Shown: one piece after another, positions 36,511 through 48,511 of the stretch
Position numbering within the stretch: position 1 is the first letter of the stretch
Layout: each line of letters begins with the position of its first letter
From: Magallana gigas
Taxonomy: Eukaryota
Reading direction: 5' to 3'
DNA: 64,000 nucleotides
Assembly: GCF_963853765.1 (NCBI RefSeq)
Contig: NC_088857.1
Span: forward strand, 48,670,001 to 48,734,000
Translations under genes and position numbers: made by a program
Notes under the pieces: model-generated
Seen by the model: only the letters and a program-made list of their open reading frames with translations
Databases searched by the model: none
What the model was told of the DNA's origin: nothing

Positions 36511-36843
36511 TACCTGGTCAAAGAATGCTGTTTTTATTTGAGGGATTTCATTTTATATCATTTTATCAGTTGCAAAAAAGTGGTGTTCCCACAGAGAATA
36601 TAAACAGGCAATGCCTTGTATTCTACTTGTATATACATATATTTACATCTTTATGTGAACCTATAGAAAAGCGAAAACATTCAATTCTGTTTGAACGTTT
36701 TTGTGACGCCCAATGAAAACCACACGCGCTTATCGCTTGACGGTTGTAATATTGTAAACGTAAAAACACCGTTATATTAATGATTCTGAACAGTTTGACA
36801 TTCTCAAACGTAAATATAAGTAATAAAGAGCACTGTTAAAAAG

Positions 36844-36949
36844 TTCATAGGGATATTAACTTGGTTGGTACGTGATTAAATCTTCTGAGAAGCCCTTCGG
36901 GCTTTACAGGATTTCATCACGAGACCAACCAAGTTCATATCCCGATGAA
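36844..36949. repeat. Imperfect hairpin element at a deletion junction of the PREP relic
   Basis: TTCATAGGGATATTAACTTGGTTGGT ... ACCAACCAAGTTCATATCCCGATGAA; apex GCCCTTCGGGC. Confidence 0.7.
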
Positions 36950-37989
36950 AGCTCCAAATTATAAGCTGATTCAGATTTACCTTTCCAAACCAGATATGGT
37001 GAGTCAGAAAAGAAAGTCTTCCAACTTTTATTACAGAGCTAAAAAAAATTCATCAGAAATTTGAAGAAATGTATGTACGTGTAAATCTTGCAGGAAACCT
37101 GGACAACTCTGGTCGGGGAGGCAAGTTCTGTGTTGGAATGGACTGCCTGTGTCAACAACAACAAGCTGGAGGATGTCAAGGTATGGTAAAGGTCATGTGA
37201 TGATTTTAACAGTATGGTGGTATAGCCATTACTGATCCTTGTATGTATGCACACAACTATGGATATATTTAATAACTTGATGAGTATTTTGGGAGATTGT
37301 GAATTGCCATGTCCTAATACGATTCACGATTAAACATTTGTTGGTATTATCTTCTTGATTACTCAACTATGAATTCTTCAGTGGCTTAGTGAGGTTTTTA
37401 ACAGAGGTTGTATTTGTGATTATAGAACAAGCTTTATGTCCACAACTTGAGTGATGGTAAGAGGATGGCAGAATTCCCGCTTGAGATTGGGACAACAGTG
37501 GAAAAAAGGAACAGACCAAGGTGAGTGATTTTTTTTCTGAATTAATTTTCTAATGATGGAGGTTTCAATTCATGCAGGCATACATTCCATTGCAGAAATT
37601 ATGTCGTGATCTTTAAGCTTTCAGTTCAGTTTCTATAAAAGATAAATAAACAGTATGTAAAGCATGTCTCACTCAAAGACTATCAATTATCCATACTTAA
37701 AATTATTAGCTATAAATTCTAATTCAACAAAAAAGACAATTTTATCATATGTTTGCAGTTCTATTATGCAAACAGCATGCTAAAATCATAAAATCTTACC
37801 GGTTGTATCATCTTCATCCGAGTTCTCCTCACCCACATCATCTAACACATCAAAATCCTCCAAATCTTTTTCAAACCAGTTGAGATCACTATTGTCTGTG
37901 TCTATATTTTTTCTTTGACCTGATAACAAGAAAAACTCAAGGTTGATGATTTAGTGAATTTTCTTCTTTAAAGGGAGATGGTCATTTTT

Positions 37990-39240
37990 TAACCGGGTTT
38001 TCCGAAGGAAAAATCCGGTTATTAAAATGGTGAAAATGGCGGGCGGGCGGGCGGCTGCCAAAAGGGTACCCTCATTGTACGGATAACTCCTCCTACAGTT
38101 TTCAAGATAGGAAGTTGTTGTTTTGCAGATCAATTGTATATATATCAGAGGTGTGCATATTGCTAGGATTTTGATTTCTGATAATTTATGAAAAAATTAC
38201 CAGCTTTTGAACTTAGTCATTTTTATGCAAAATATTGCATATAGGGTACCCTCATTGTACGGATAACTCCTCCTACAGTTTTCAAGATAGGATGTTGTTG
38301 TTTTGCAGATCAATTGTACATATATCAGAGGTGTGCATATTGCTAGGATTTTGATTTCCGATAATTTATGAAAAAAATACTAGCTTTTGAACTTAGTCAT
38401 TTTTTGGCAAAATATTGCATATAGGGTACCCTCATTGTACGGATAACTCCTCCTACAGTTTTCAAGATAGGATGTTGTTGTTTTGCAGATCAATTATACC
38501 TATATCAGAGGTGTGCATATTGCTAGGATTTTGATTTCTGATAATTTATGAAAAAAATACTAGCTTTTGAACTTAGTCATTTTTTTGCAAAATATTGCAT
38601 ATAGGGTACCCTCATTGTACGGATAACTACTCCTACAGTTTTCAAGATAGGAAGTTGTTCTTTTGCAGATTAATTGTACCTATATCAGAGGTGTGCATAT
38701 TGCTAGGATTTTGATTTCTGATAATTTATGAAAAAAATACCAGCTTTTGAATTTAGTCACTTTTTGGCAAAATATTGCATATAGGGTACCCTCATTGTAC
38801 GGATAACTCCTCCTAAAGTTTTCAAGATAAGAAGAAATTGTTTTGCAGATCAATTGTACATATATCAGAGGTGTGCATATTGCTAGGATTTTGATTTCCG
38901 ATAATTTATGAAAAAAATACTAGCATCTGAACTTAGTCACTTTTGGCAAAATATTGCATATAGGGTACCCTCATTGTATGTATAACTCCTCCTACAGATT
39001 TCAAGATAGGAAGTTGTTCTGTTGCAGATCAACTGTACATAGGGTATATCAGAGGTGTGCATATTGCTAGGATTTTGATTTCTGATAATTTATGAAAAAA
39101 ATATCAGCTTTTGAACTTAGTCACTTTTTGGCAAAATATTGCATATAGGGGTACACCATTTCACTGGATATGGGTTGACATGGATTATGGATAAAGTTCA
39201 CATAAAAGAAAACCCGGTTTGCTGTCACATTGACAGCTTT
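37990..39240 (+). mobile_element. Helentron-type non-autonomous element (HINE-like) carrying six 180-bp satellite units
   Basis: T-run, subTIR AACCGGGTTT (37991-38000), (GGGC)n microsatellite, units starting 38063, 38243, 38423, 38603, 38783, 38962, subTIR AAACCCGGTT (39210-19), terminal hairpin GCTGTCA-CAT-TGACAGC (39221-37), then TTT. Confidence 0.85.
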
Positions 39241-40410
39241 TCACTTGTTTGTTATTTACAACTTAAATTTGAGAGTAAGTCGATGAGATACAAGCAATAT
39301 ACCTACATACACTTCTTATGTAAACAAGGCTCGTGCCGTGTTTTTGTTTACGTTGGTTCAATATACTGGAAAATTATTTTTCAAGGTGGTTATTTCTGTC
39401 TAATAATTAGTTTTAAACAAAAATGAACAATTCCTAGTGTTTGTGACTTTCATTTTAGGTCTAAACAGGAGGCCCATGGGCCACATTACTCATCGGAACA
39501 ACAGTTCCATGTAACATTCTATTTCGTAGCATATACTATTTTTATTTTAAACTTTGAACCCCTTTCTGGGGCCCCAGTATTGTTTCGGGGTTCATGGTTG
39601 GCTGTACTAATTTAGAATCTACACAATCTGATGGTCCTATCACAGCAATATTACAAACAGTAGCACTGTGGTTCTCGAAAAGAAGATTTTAAAACATTTT
39701 CCCTGTATATTTCTGTTAATTAAACTTTGAACCCTTCTTGGGGCCATAATATTAGCCCGGTGGTCACTCTTTATTAATCTATAATCTACATTATTTAAGG
39801 ATTCTTGCATAGTAATCTCACAAATTGAAGCATTGTTGTTCTCGAGAAGAAGATTTTTATTTATTTTCCCTCTATATTTCTGGGATTTCTAGGGGCCCCA
39901 GTATTAGTCCGAGGTCATGGTTTTTTAATTATTGAATCTACATTCTCTAAGAATGCATGCATAGTAATATCACGAATTGTAACATTGTGGTTTTCGAAAA
40001 GAATATTTTTAAACAGTTTCCTTATATACTTATATGTAGCACCATGAACCCTTCTTGAGGCCCAAGTACTAGTTTTGTTTTGTTTTTGTTTTTGTTTTCG
40101 TTTTTTTTTTTTTTTTTTGGGGGGGGGGGGGAGGGGGGGGGTTCAAGACTTAAATAATTTAGAATCTATTTAAAGACCCTTGCATAGATATCTGGCTAAT
40201 TGTAAAATTGCAGTACTTGAGAAGAATATTTTTAAACATTTCTTTTATATATTTCTATGTTAAACTTTAAACCTGGCATGGGGTCCCAGTTTGGATCCAG
40301 GGGTCATGATTTTCACAATTTAGAATCTTCACTATACTGTATATACAAACTTGTGTATAAATATTGGTATTTCTGGTGCAGTGGTTCTTGAGAAGAACAG
40401 TTTTTAACAT

Positions 40411-40492
40411 TTTTAGATCACCTGAGATGAAAATTCAAGTGAGCTTTTCTGATCACATTCTGTCTTTCATCCTTCTGTCCGTCTGTCTGTTA

Positions 40493-40526
<34 letters not shown>

Positions 40527-41428
40527 ATGGGTCAATTTAGCAAAACTTGGCACAAAGCACTTTTTAAGACCCATAAGGCCAAGAAAGCTGACACTCATGT
40601 GAAAGCATCCTCAGGTAGTGTATATTCAAAGTTGTGAAAACCATGACACACGGGATTATGGTGGGGCACATTGGGGGGGGGGTCAAATTTTTACATAGGA
40701 ATATACATGTAAATCTTTAAAAAATCTTATCAGAAACAAACCAGCCAGGAAAGCTGAAACTTGTGTGGAAGCATTGTCAGGTAGTGTAGATGCAAGTTTG
40801 TTCAAATCATGATCCTCCGGGGTAGGATGGGGTCACAGGATCACAGTGGTGGAAGGACAAATTTTTACATACAAATATATAGAGAAAAATCTTTAAAATC
40901 TTCTTCATCAGATAATGTAGATTCAAATTTGATGAATCAAAATATTTAGGAGTAGGGTGGGTCATCGTCGGATACTACGAGAGATACCGTCTTTTACTTA
41001 TCACGCAATAACCCGTGGGTATCCGACGATGAGGGTGGGGCCACACGTGGGATCCAGTGGTACAAAGGAAAAAAATTAATTATTCACAAAAACTGAAACG
41101 TTACATGTATGGTTTTACTTATATGCAAGCATTTTGATATTTTGCTGATTCTTTAAAATAGTTTGATGTAGGTTTATATCCGTATATAAACAATTGTTTA
41201 GGGTCTTTATGAGAACTGCAAAGTTCAAAATGTGTTATGACTATAAAATCATCCTGTTAGAAAAGGAACTTGATTATAAGAATATCAAGGGGGATGGATT
41301 TTTCTTTATACAATATCTACATGTATTATGCCACAATGTCCAGATATTTTGTATTATGACTCCATTAAGCTGAATGTATTATGCATATTGTTACTCAGAT
41401 GAGCAATTTGACCCATGGGCCTCATGTT
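40411..41428 (+). mobile_element. Second HINE-like element nested in opposite orientation inside the previous one
   Basis: Head TTTTAGATCACCTGAG...GTGAGCTTTTCTGATCAC with GTCC/GTCT microsatellite; tail CAGATGAGC...GACCCATGGGCC...GTT. Interrupts a host satellite unit at its T-run (ACATTT|...|CCTATATATTTC). Confidence 0.75.
40963..41031. mobile_element. 69-bp micro-MITE with CATC...GATG termini
   Basis: 13-bp perfect TIR CATCGTCGGATAC / GTATCCGACGATG; flanks AGGGTGGGT and AGGGTGGGG (8/9 direct repeat). Confidence 0.7.
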
Positions 41429-42492
41429 CCTATATATTTCTATGTTAAACTTTATACCCCGCCTTGGGTCCCAGTTTTTGTCCGGGGTCACGAATTTTAC
41501 AATCTAGAATCTTCACTATATATACAAACTTTTGTAATAATAATTGGCAATTCTGGTGCAGTGGTTCTTAAAAAAAAAAAAATTAAAGACTCACACCATT
41601 CTCTCACCATTTCGCAATTATCTCCATTTTAAAAAGGGTTTAATTCTTTATTCTAACAATATAAAATCCCTTACCCATAAAGATGCTTTATAACAAGTTT
41701 GGTTAAATTTGGCCCAGTGGTTTCAGAGAAGAAGTCAAAATGTGAAAAGTTTACAGACGGACGGACGGACAGATTGGCGGACGACGGACAACGGGTGATC
41801 AGAAAAGCTCACTTGAACCTTCAGTTCAGGTTAGCTAAATACGAAATAATAAATTCTGACTAAAATCATGACAATGCCCTATAGATCTGCATATATTTCA
41901 CCATCTGGTGTCTTTTCACAAATGAAAGGACGATATACATGATATACAACATAGTTACATGAAACAATATATCACAAGTACGTCATGTCACGTATCTTAC
42001 ATTTAATGTTTGTAGTTAATGATGAAATTGCCTTCTTTACTCTCATAGAGCCAGAGCATTGTGTTTTAGACGAGTCAGCATAATCAGACAAAGTCACATC
42101 TGAAATATAAATATTGGACGAAAATTAAACAACAGACACTATTTTTTGTTGCATGCACAGGGACCATTTCGACATTAATGTCATTGAAGTAAAGGTATAA
42201 ACGGGCTTGGCCCCTGTAACTTCGTGCTAAAAGGTGAGCGCTTCAATAATGGATTGCCTGAATCATAGTTGTAGACCTCCTCATCGGGAAAAAAAGAATA
42301 AATAAAAAATTACAAAATATGAGATTCAACAATCCTTCAAATGTAATATACAATTAAAATTAGACGGTCACTTTTTAATCCTAACTATACACTCTACGAT
42401 CGATTCTATATCAGAAAAAAATATATCGTTATTCTACAAACTTGATATAATCGACAGGGCCTTGATCAGTTGATCTGACTGACGAACTATGA

Positions 42493-42706
42493 GGGGTACC
42501 TTTAGAGTACGAAACGAAACAAAATGAAGCCGAACGAAACGAAAAGATTTTTCGATGTTGTTTCGTTTGGTTTCGTTTCATTTCGACTGGAAACGAAACG
42601 AAACCGAACGAAACTAACCGAATTTTTGGTTTCGTTTCGATTGGCTTCGTTTTGTTTTGATTCGTTTCGTTTCGTTCGGTTTCGTTTCGAACTTTACATG
42701 TACCCT
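42493..42706. mobile_element. Foldback MITE built from (GAAAC)n/(GTTTC)n with GGGTAC...GTACCC termini
   Basis: Inverted pentamer arrays; flanking direct repeat ACTATGAG (42486-93, 42707-14). Lies in intron 1 of the TMEM183 duplicate. Confidence 0.75.
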
Positions 42707-43358
42707 ACTATGAGTACATAAAGATGCTAGCTGTCATGTAGCACTATTATGACAGATGGTTACGTTTATACAGACCAAAGAAAAATTTCAAACCATTCTG
42801 TATCCATGTGTCCTTTGATGCAACAGATTGACTCTTCCTAACTTTGCTCTTTCTGTGTTTATTTCGAAACTTCTTTCTCATGTTGTGAAACCAAATATAA
42901 ACCCAGAAGGATAAAACGTACAATCAACTAGGACCCTTGGTCACCTGCTTATTCACATCTACCAAATCTATGCACTCCGCTACAAAATGTAGTGCATGGC
43001 AACCGCAAAGTGAAAGTAAAATAACTCGTACTGCTGCCTAGCTTTTAGAAATGTGAATGTTTTTATCTAAAGGTTAACTTATATTCTAAGGTTAGGAAAG
43101 ATACTATAGAAGATAAAGAATCCAACATTGTCTGTTATTTTTAAGACTGATATATATATAATATAAGTTATATAGACATTGTGTGACCTGTGGTCTCCCC
43201 AATGATATGCTAAGATTAAAGTTATAGGTGACGTAACACAAAAGGCTAAGCATTCTAATTAAAATATCAAAGTAGGTGACCTCCTTACTCTGCATACATA
43301 GGTTTAGCCTGTAGGAAGATGTAGTCTTGTACCCCTAGATTTTTTACTGATACTTTAT

Positions 43359-43780
43359 AGGGCATGGTCACGATTTTGGTCAAAAATTATTTTTCCGAAT
43401 TTAATGCTTACAATGCTTCAGTAAGGCATTTTTAATAGTAATAAAAAATGTCATTTGTGTCATTTGTTGAGTTATAAGGGTGTTACAGCGCGTACAATTC
43501 TTTGCTATGTAAACAAAGCCTTTGTGTACATTTTGAATGTTGAAGTGAAAATTCCAGTTTTAGACCTGAAATGAATGTGTTATATATAAGGAACTGTTTA
43601 TTCATGCTGAAAATAAATAAGAAGATCGACAAATTGGCTAGAAAAAGATTTTTTGTATCTTGCTTATAACTCTACGACTGACTCTTTAATTTCATTTGAT
43701 CACTAGAAATGCATTCTTAAAGCATTGTAAATGATAAAAACAGAAAAATAGAATTTGACCAAAATCGTGACCATGCCCCT
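43359..43780. mobile_element. Kolobok-like MITE
   Basis: TIR AGGGCATGGTCACGATTTTGGTCAAA / TTTGACCAAAATCGTGACCATGCCCCT; flanks TTAT and TTAA. Confidence 0.75.
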
Positions 43781-44459
43781 TTAAGATAATGGTATAGGCC
43801 TACTGATTTGGTAATAAATTACATTAAGTGACCTGTAGTCTCCCTAAAGAAACATCATAACTTAACACTCTAGCCAACATTTGGTCCCTTTAATTATTGT
43901 TTTACAGAAAAGGTGTTCCCCTGTTTACGTGGTGAGGGTTGAAGTTCACCACTCCCCCTCCCCCCTCCCCGAACCACCCACCACTTCCCTATATTTTCAC
44001 TCATCAAAAATTAACTGCTTTACAATATTGTTTAAGTCTTTTTTCGAAAAAAAAGCGATCATAAATCCTACAGTATCTGCTCATTGTGTATTTATCTTTG
44101 CATAAACAAAATTGTGTACATTCAATCAATTTCTTTTAAGTGATATAAATAAGGAAAATGAAAACTTATTATATTTTTTTTAGATGTTTTCTGACTGTTT
44201 TCCTGAAAACTAACAAGACAATCATTCTATCATTAGCTTTTCTAATGTATTGTGCAATTACAATAGAAAATAACCCCTAATCATTGCATTTATTTGGGTT
44301 TTTCTTTCCTCGGGAACACTATTTATTAATATCTTTTTAGACGGAGGCTCTATATGAGCCTCCTCTATTGCCACCGGTCAGCTTGCATGTGACGTCGATA
44401 ATGAATTTGGTGGATTCGACGGACACCACCTAGCGGCAAAATTTGCAATATTTGTTAAG

Positions 44460-45245
44460 GATTCATATACCTTATTGTTTTCGTACTGTTTCTTATTATT
44501 TTTTTCCACAAATTTTGTGCACGCGATTTCTCAGAAACTATTTGGCCGATTTTGACCATTTTTTCACAGATGATTGCCAGAGGTCATAATTCTGGACGTT
44601 TTTTGAAATTTTGAAATCGTCACTTCCGGTACCGAGTTACGGTGGATTTTCTATTTTGTTACGACCTATTTTGTGCAGAGCTGATCTCAGAAACTATTTG
44701 AGATATGAATACGAAATTTTCAGGATATGTAGTCTATAGTTTGAAGTTGTGCACTATTATATTGTTTTAAGCCAGTGGCGCCATTTCTTTGAGCTCGCCT
44801 ATGCACGAAAATTGGGTACGAATTTTCATTCAAAATTTTCATCCGTTTTGATCTGTATCTTTTTATCAGTTGATTATTTGTTAAATAATATATAACAAAA
44901 GTGGTAGAGAATCAAAAGTTCTTTCCAATAAAATCAAGAAAAAGGGGCTCCCTTTCATTAGGGACCAAGAGACTCGTAAAGTCTATTACAAATAACTTGA
45001 AAACGATAAATATTTTGTTATGCAATATAGAATCAAATTTGTTGAACACTACATTATCGGTTTGAAAAAGTCATCGTCAGGCCCATGTTAGATCTAATTA
45101 GGAATTTTTATTCATTGCCTTAAAATTGGGGGGGGGGGGTGTTAATTTTGAAATTGTATCAATATGTCATGGTATCATTTAAAATAAAATAAAAAATCGG
45201 ACGGAAGACCTACTCGTTACTCGTAACGAGGTCGTATCTAGTTTA
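44460..45245 (+). mobile_element. Probable Helentron-type non-autonomous element (degenerate)
   Basis: 3' end GGAAGACC followed by hairpin CTCGTTAC-TC-GTAACGAG and a T-rich flank. 5' boundary approximate. Confidence 0.45.
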
Positions 45246-45702
45246 TTATCATTGAAATAAATATGGACCGCTCTGTGAAAAAAGGGGTCTTAATGACATT
45301 TTTATCAAAAATTGGTTTTTTATTCGAAAATAAAGAACTGGGTCTACAGAATAATATTTGCAAATTTGAAACTTGTACTCCCACTAGTTTTTTAGTTACA
45401 TGCTTTTGAAAAACGTTGTTTTTATATCCTAACTTTTTCATAACTGGTACAACGTCATAACGTCACTTAAACTACCCTGACGTTGCGCACATTACATACA
45501 TTTGTTTTCCATTCAAATATGTGCTAAGTTAATTTTTTTTAAAGTTGTACAATTTGTAGAACTAGATAATATATTTTAAAAGCTTTAGTTAATTAGTTAA
45601 TCATATTTGATCATTTTTTTTTCTCCAAGTAGAAATAAACAAATATACACAAACAATCATAGAATAAAATAGGAAATTGATTTTAATTACCCTTCACTTC
45701 AA

Positions 45703-46101
45703 GGTATCACACCGGTAATTGTTTTCACTATATAGCACTACAGAGGGGATAAAATTCTTAAAAATCAGTTTGTATTCCTCATGACAAAATATTCGGAGGA
45801 AATGTTATTTGTTACCTATCTCATCAGCCAACACCATAAAAAGGGCAAGCGATACTGCATTTTCTCAAAATATCTAGCTCCAAACAGGTCTACCCTCAAC
45901 ACCACGTGTTTTCCACGTGTATGTAAACAGACTGCACACTCCACAGGAAGCTGCTGCATGTGCCCTGAAAGAAGTAGTCCCTGTGAAAAAAGATCATCAC
46001 CTAACAAAATACATGAAATATCCTACTCAGTGGTACAACAATTTTGAAAACTGAGTAAAGGAAAAAGTTCATTTTGATTGGCCGATTACCGGTGTGATAC
46101 C
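45703..46101. mobile_element. Kolobok-like MITE
   Basis: Perfect 17-bp TIR GGTATCACACCGGTAAT / ATTACCGGTGTGATACC; flanks TCAA and TTAA. Confidence 0.75.
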
Positions 46102-48511
46102 TTAAATCATTCTTCAATTTCATATTTGTTTATTTCTATATTCAAATCGTATTCAATGGTGTAATTAATATATGAATTCTATTATTAAAATTAGATGTAT
46201 TCAATGAAAACTCCACCATCTCCTGAGAAAAAAAAATGTTTACATCAAAATGTGTCAAAGTAAAGGAAGGGCACGTCTCCTCTTGGAAAGCAGGTCTCAC
46301 AAATGGTCTCACATGCGGGTAGAGATTACACACCTAGATTCCGACAGTCCACCAGCGGGAAGTACATCCGGTCTTCTTATTTTTCTGAACTGAAATCCCT
46401 GATTTTTTAAAATCTCATTCTTCTCCTCGGTTCCATTACAAGTCTTCTTCGCCGTTACAATGCCTGAACCCTTAATGGATACGAATTTGTATCAGTACTA
46501 TTACAATTTAACTTAGTTGTATTTTTTCGCTTAAGTATCACGTTGTCAATACTTATCTTAATTATGTTACAGACGGGTTGAACTTGAAGGTGTCTGTTGG
46601 ACTTCGCAGATTATCGGGTTCATGGAAATTGAACAATGGGGAGCCCCTGTCAATCAACAATTATGACATGTCAGTGATTCCGTGCACTTTTGACTACTGT
46701 GGTATATTCCATGCAAATTCTTTTGTAGATTTGAGAGTGTCTGATAATTGTTGTAACAACCTTTTTTCATACTTTATTTGTTCTACTGTGTTTTAAATTT
46801 AATTCCATATATCTGATACTAGTTCAAGGAGTAACGGACCCCCCCCCCCCCTCTGGAAAAATTCAAACTCATTAAATTTAAGTAATAAAACTACTAGAGT
46901 AGACCTCACTCCCCTTCACTTCAGGCAACCTCAACATTCCCTCGGACCCCTCTATAATGTTCGCATGAACAGAAGTAGTAATACTAAACGCATTTACTTA
47001 ATTTATTCAGCAGTATTGCAAAATTGATTTTATTTATAGAATTATGTACGAAATGTTTTAAACTTTTTTTCAACCTTCATTCAAGGATACAGTTCAGCTC
47101 GGACTCATCATTTTGAAATAGGAAACAACAGTGTTTTCATATCATGCAATAGTATTAACAAGTTCAACCCTAAGTAAAAGCAGCAAGTTAATTCTTGATT
47201 ACTGTCCAGAAGTTAACGTTGCTATAACGTTTAAGTTTTAGTTGATAAGGCAGTTTCACTTTTACGTCAAGCATACGGGATAGTCTCTAATTGCATATAC
47301 CTCAGTTATTTGAATCCATTTAAAAAATCGTTAATAAATAAATTTGATACATATATGTGCATTTTTTATTACGTTTTATTCTTTGGATAAAAAGCAATCA
47401 ATACCAGTTGTGTTACGTGCGCTATTAATGCGTTGGACAAAATGATAACTGTTTTCAGTATCATTTACACTACTAATGATATATCTAGCTACTTCCTCAG
47501 GAACAATGTATCTAATGATTTTGCTATATGTTCTAACGTAAAAAAAATCTTTTGCATAAAAATGTTTGGGGGATTGATACCAATCCCAGTTTAAAAGTAA
47601 ATGATAGAAACATACTTCAAATTGCATTTTATAAATTTGTTCACCGTGAATATTAGGTTCACAAATGCTTGATTTGCTTTGTACATTCAAATATACCTGA
47701 TCTGCATTATTTATCTTACTTTTTTACAATGTATAATACTATGTCATTTTAAATCAATCGTTATAATCAGTTTGTATATTAAAATAAGTTCTCTCTCATA
47801 TATTATACGTTTGAGCTTATAGTAAAAATATTAAACAATATTAGCAAAAAGGGAAGCAACCTCATTCCATCTAAGGGATATGGAAGTTGTCATTTATCGG
47901 TACATAATAAAAAAGAAATGATCTCATTTATTCCACACTGATCATTATTTTCTAGTTTTAACCTTTGATAACAGTATACTCTTACAATTAAAAAAAGATT
48001 GCAATCCATCCTAATCAAAGATATGACGTTTACATATATAAATTCAATAAGTTAGGGCGCATTTTGGTACCATTTTAAAAAAAATGTCTACTAAGCAATG
48101 CAATTAAATTTAATATACCTTTAAAATTCGATTTGTTCATAGGTAAGATAGTACATTTTTTATTCTTGGTTTTTGTTTTGTACTTGAGGAGCGATCTAAT
48201 ATTTGAAATTAAATCTCGATACTCTTTTTGTGATGAATACTGGTGAAGAAATATTAATTTGACAAGCGTGAGAATTTTGAATTTTGTGAGGCAAACATCG
48301 GCTAACGTAAGATCTAGATATAAGTTGGTTATATTACCTCAAAAATATCGATTTGTGTAGTGTTTCAGGTGCTGAATATTAAATTATAATATGATACACT
48401 GCTAAATATCGCAACATGCAAACTTATTTTATAAATGTGAGTTAAAAATTTGTGTTGATGCATTGCAATCAGTGTAAGCGTTAACTAAGGTAAGCTACTT
48501 GAAAGCCAGCC

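Larger units (their letters stand above)
35123..37605 (+). pseudogene. Decayed partial copy of PREP (exon 5, part of exon 8, exons 9-10 with introns)
   Basis: 35123-35398 matches 57671-57924; 35755-35797 and 36515-36640 match intron 5; 36944-37590 matches 60367-61065. Lesions: hairpin element inserted in the last codon of exon 5, loss of exons 6-7, 15-bp deletion in exon 9 (CTGG microhomology), deletion in exon 10. Confidence 0.88.
39464..41840 (-). mobile_element. HINE-like element with ~165-bp degenerate satellite units
   Basis: 3' palindrome GGCCCATGGGCC at 39471-82. 5' head with (GGAC)n at 41755-72 and GATCAGAAAAGCTCACTTGAACC...CAGGTTAGCT. Internal repeats anchored by GAAGATTTT at about 39682, 39851, 40010, 40224, 40394. 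Confidence 0.8.
37613..42881 (-). pseudogene. Truncated duplicate of TMEM183 (exons 1-3 intact, exon 4 broken after ~20 nt)
   Basis: Exon copies 42881-42794 (88 nt), 42099-42001 (99 nt, 87% identical by hand count), 37919-37800 (120 nt, 92.5%), 37632-37613. TTA>TAA nonsense change at 37615-37613, then junction with antisense PREP relic. Intron 2 expanded from 172 bp to 4081 bp. Confidence 0.88.

Noticed and set aside
38063-39140. Regular arrays (180 bp here, 49 bp and 24 bp in PREP) as possible CRISPR arrays
   Set aside because: No unique spacers, no cas genes, eukaryotic context; these are plain tandem repeats.
42524-42721. ORF MKPNETKR...
   Set aside because: By-product of the (GAAAC)n/(GTTTC)n foldback MITE.
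35123-42900. Duplicated PREP/TMEM183 pieces as an uncollapsed allelic haplotype
   Set aside because: Exon divergence of about 8-13%, multiple private TE insertions, exon losses and a nonsense change are more than expected for alleles. Not fully excluded without read data.
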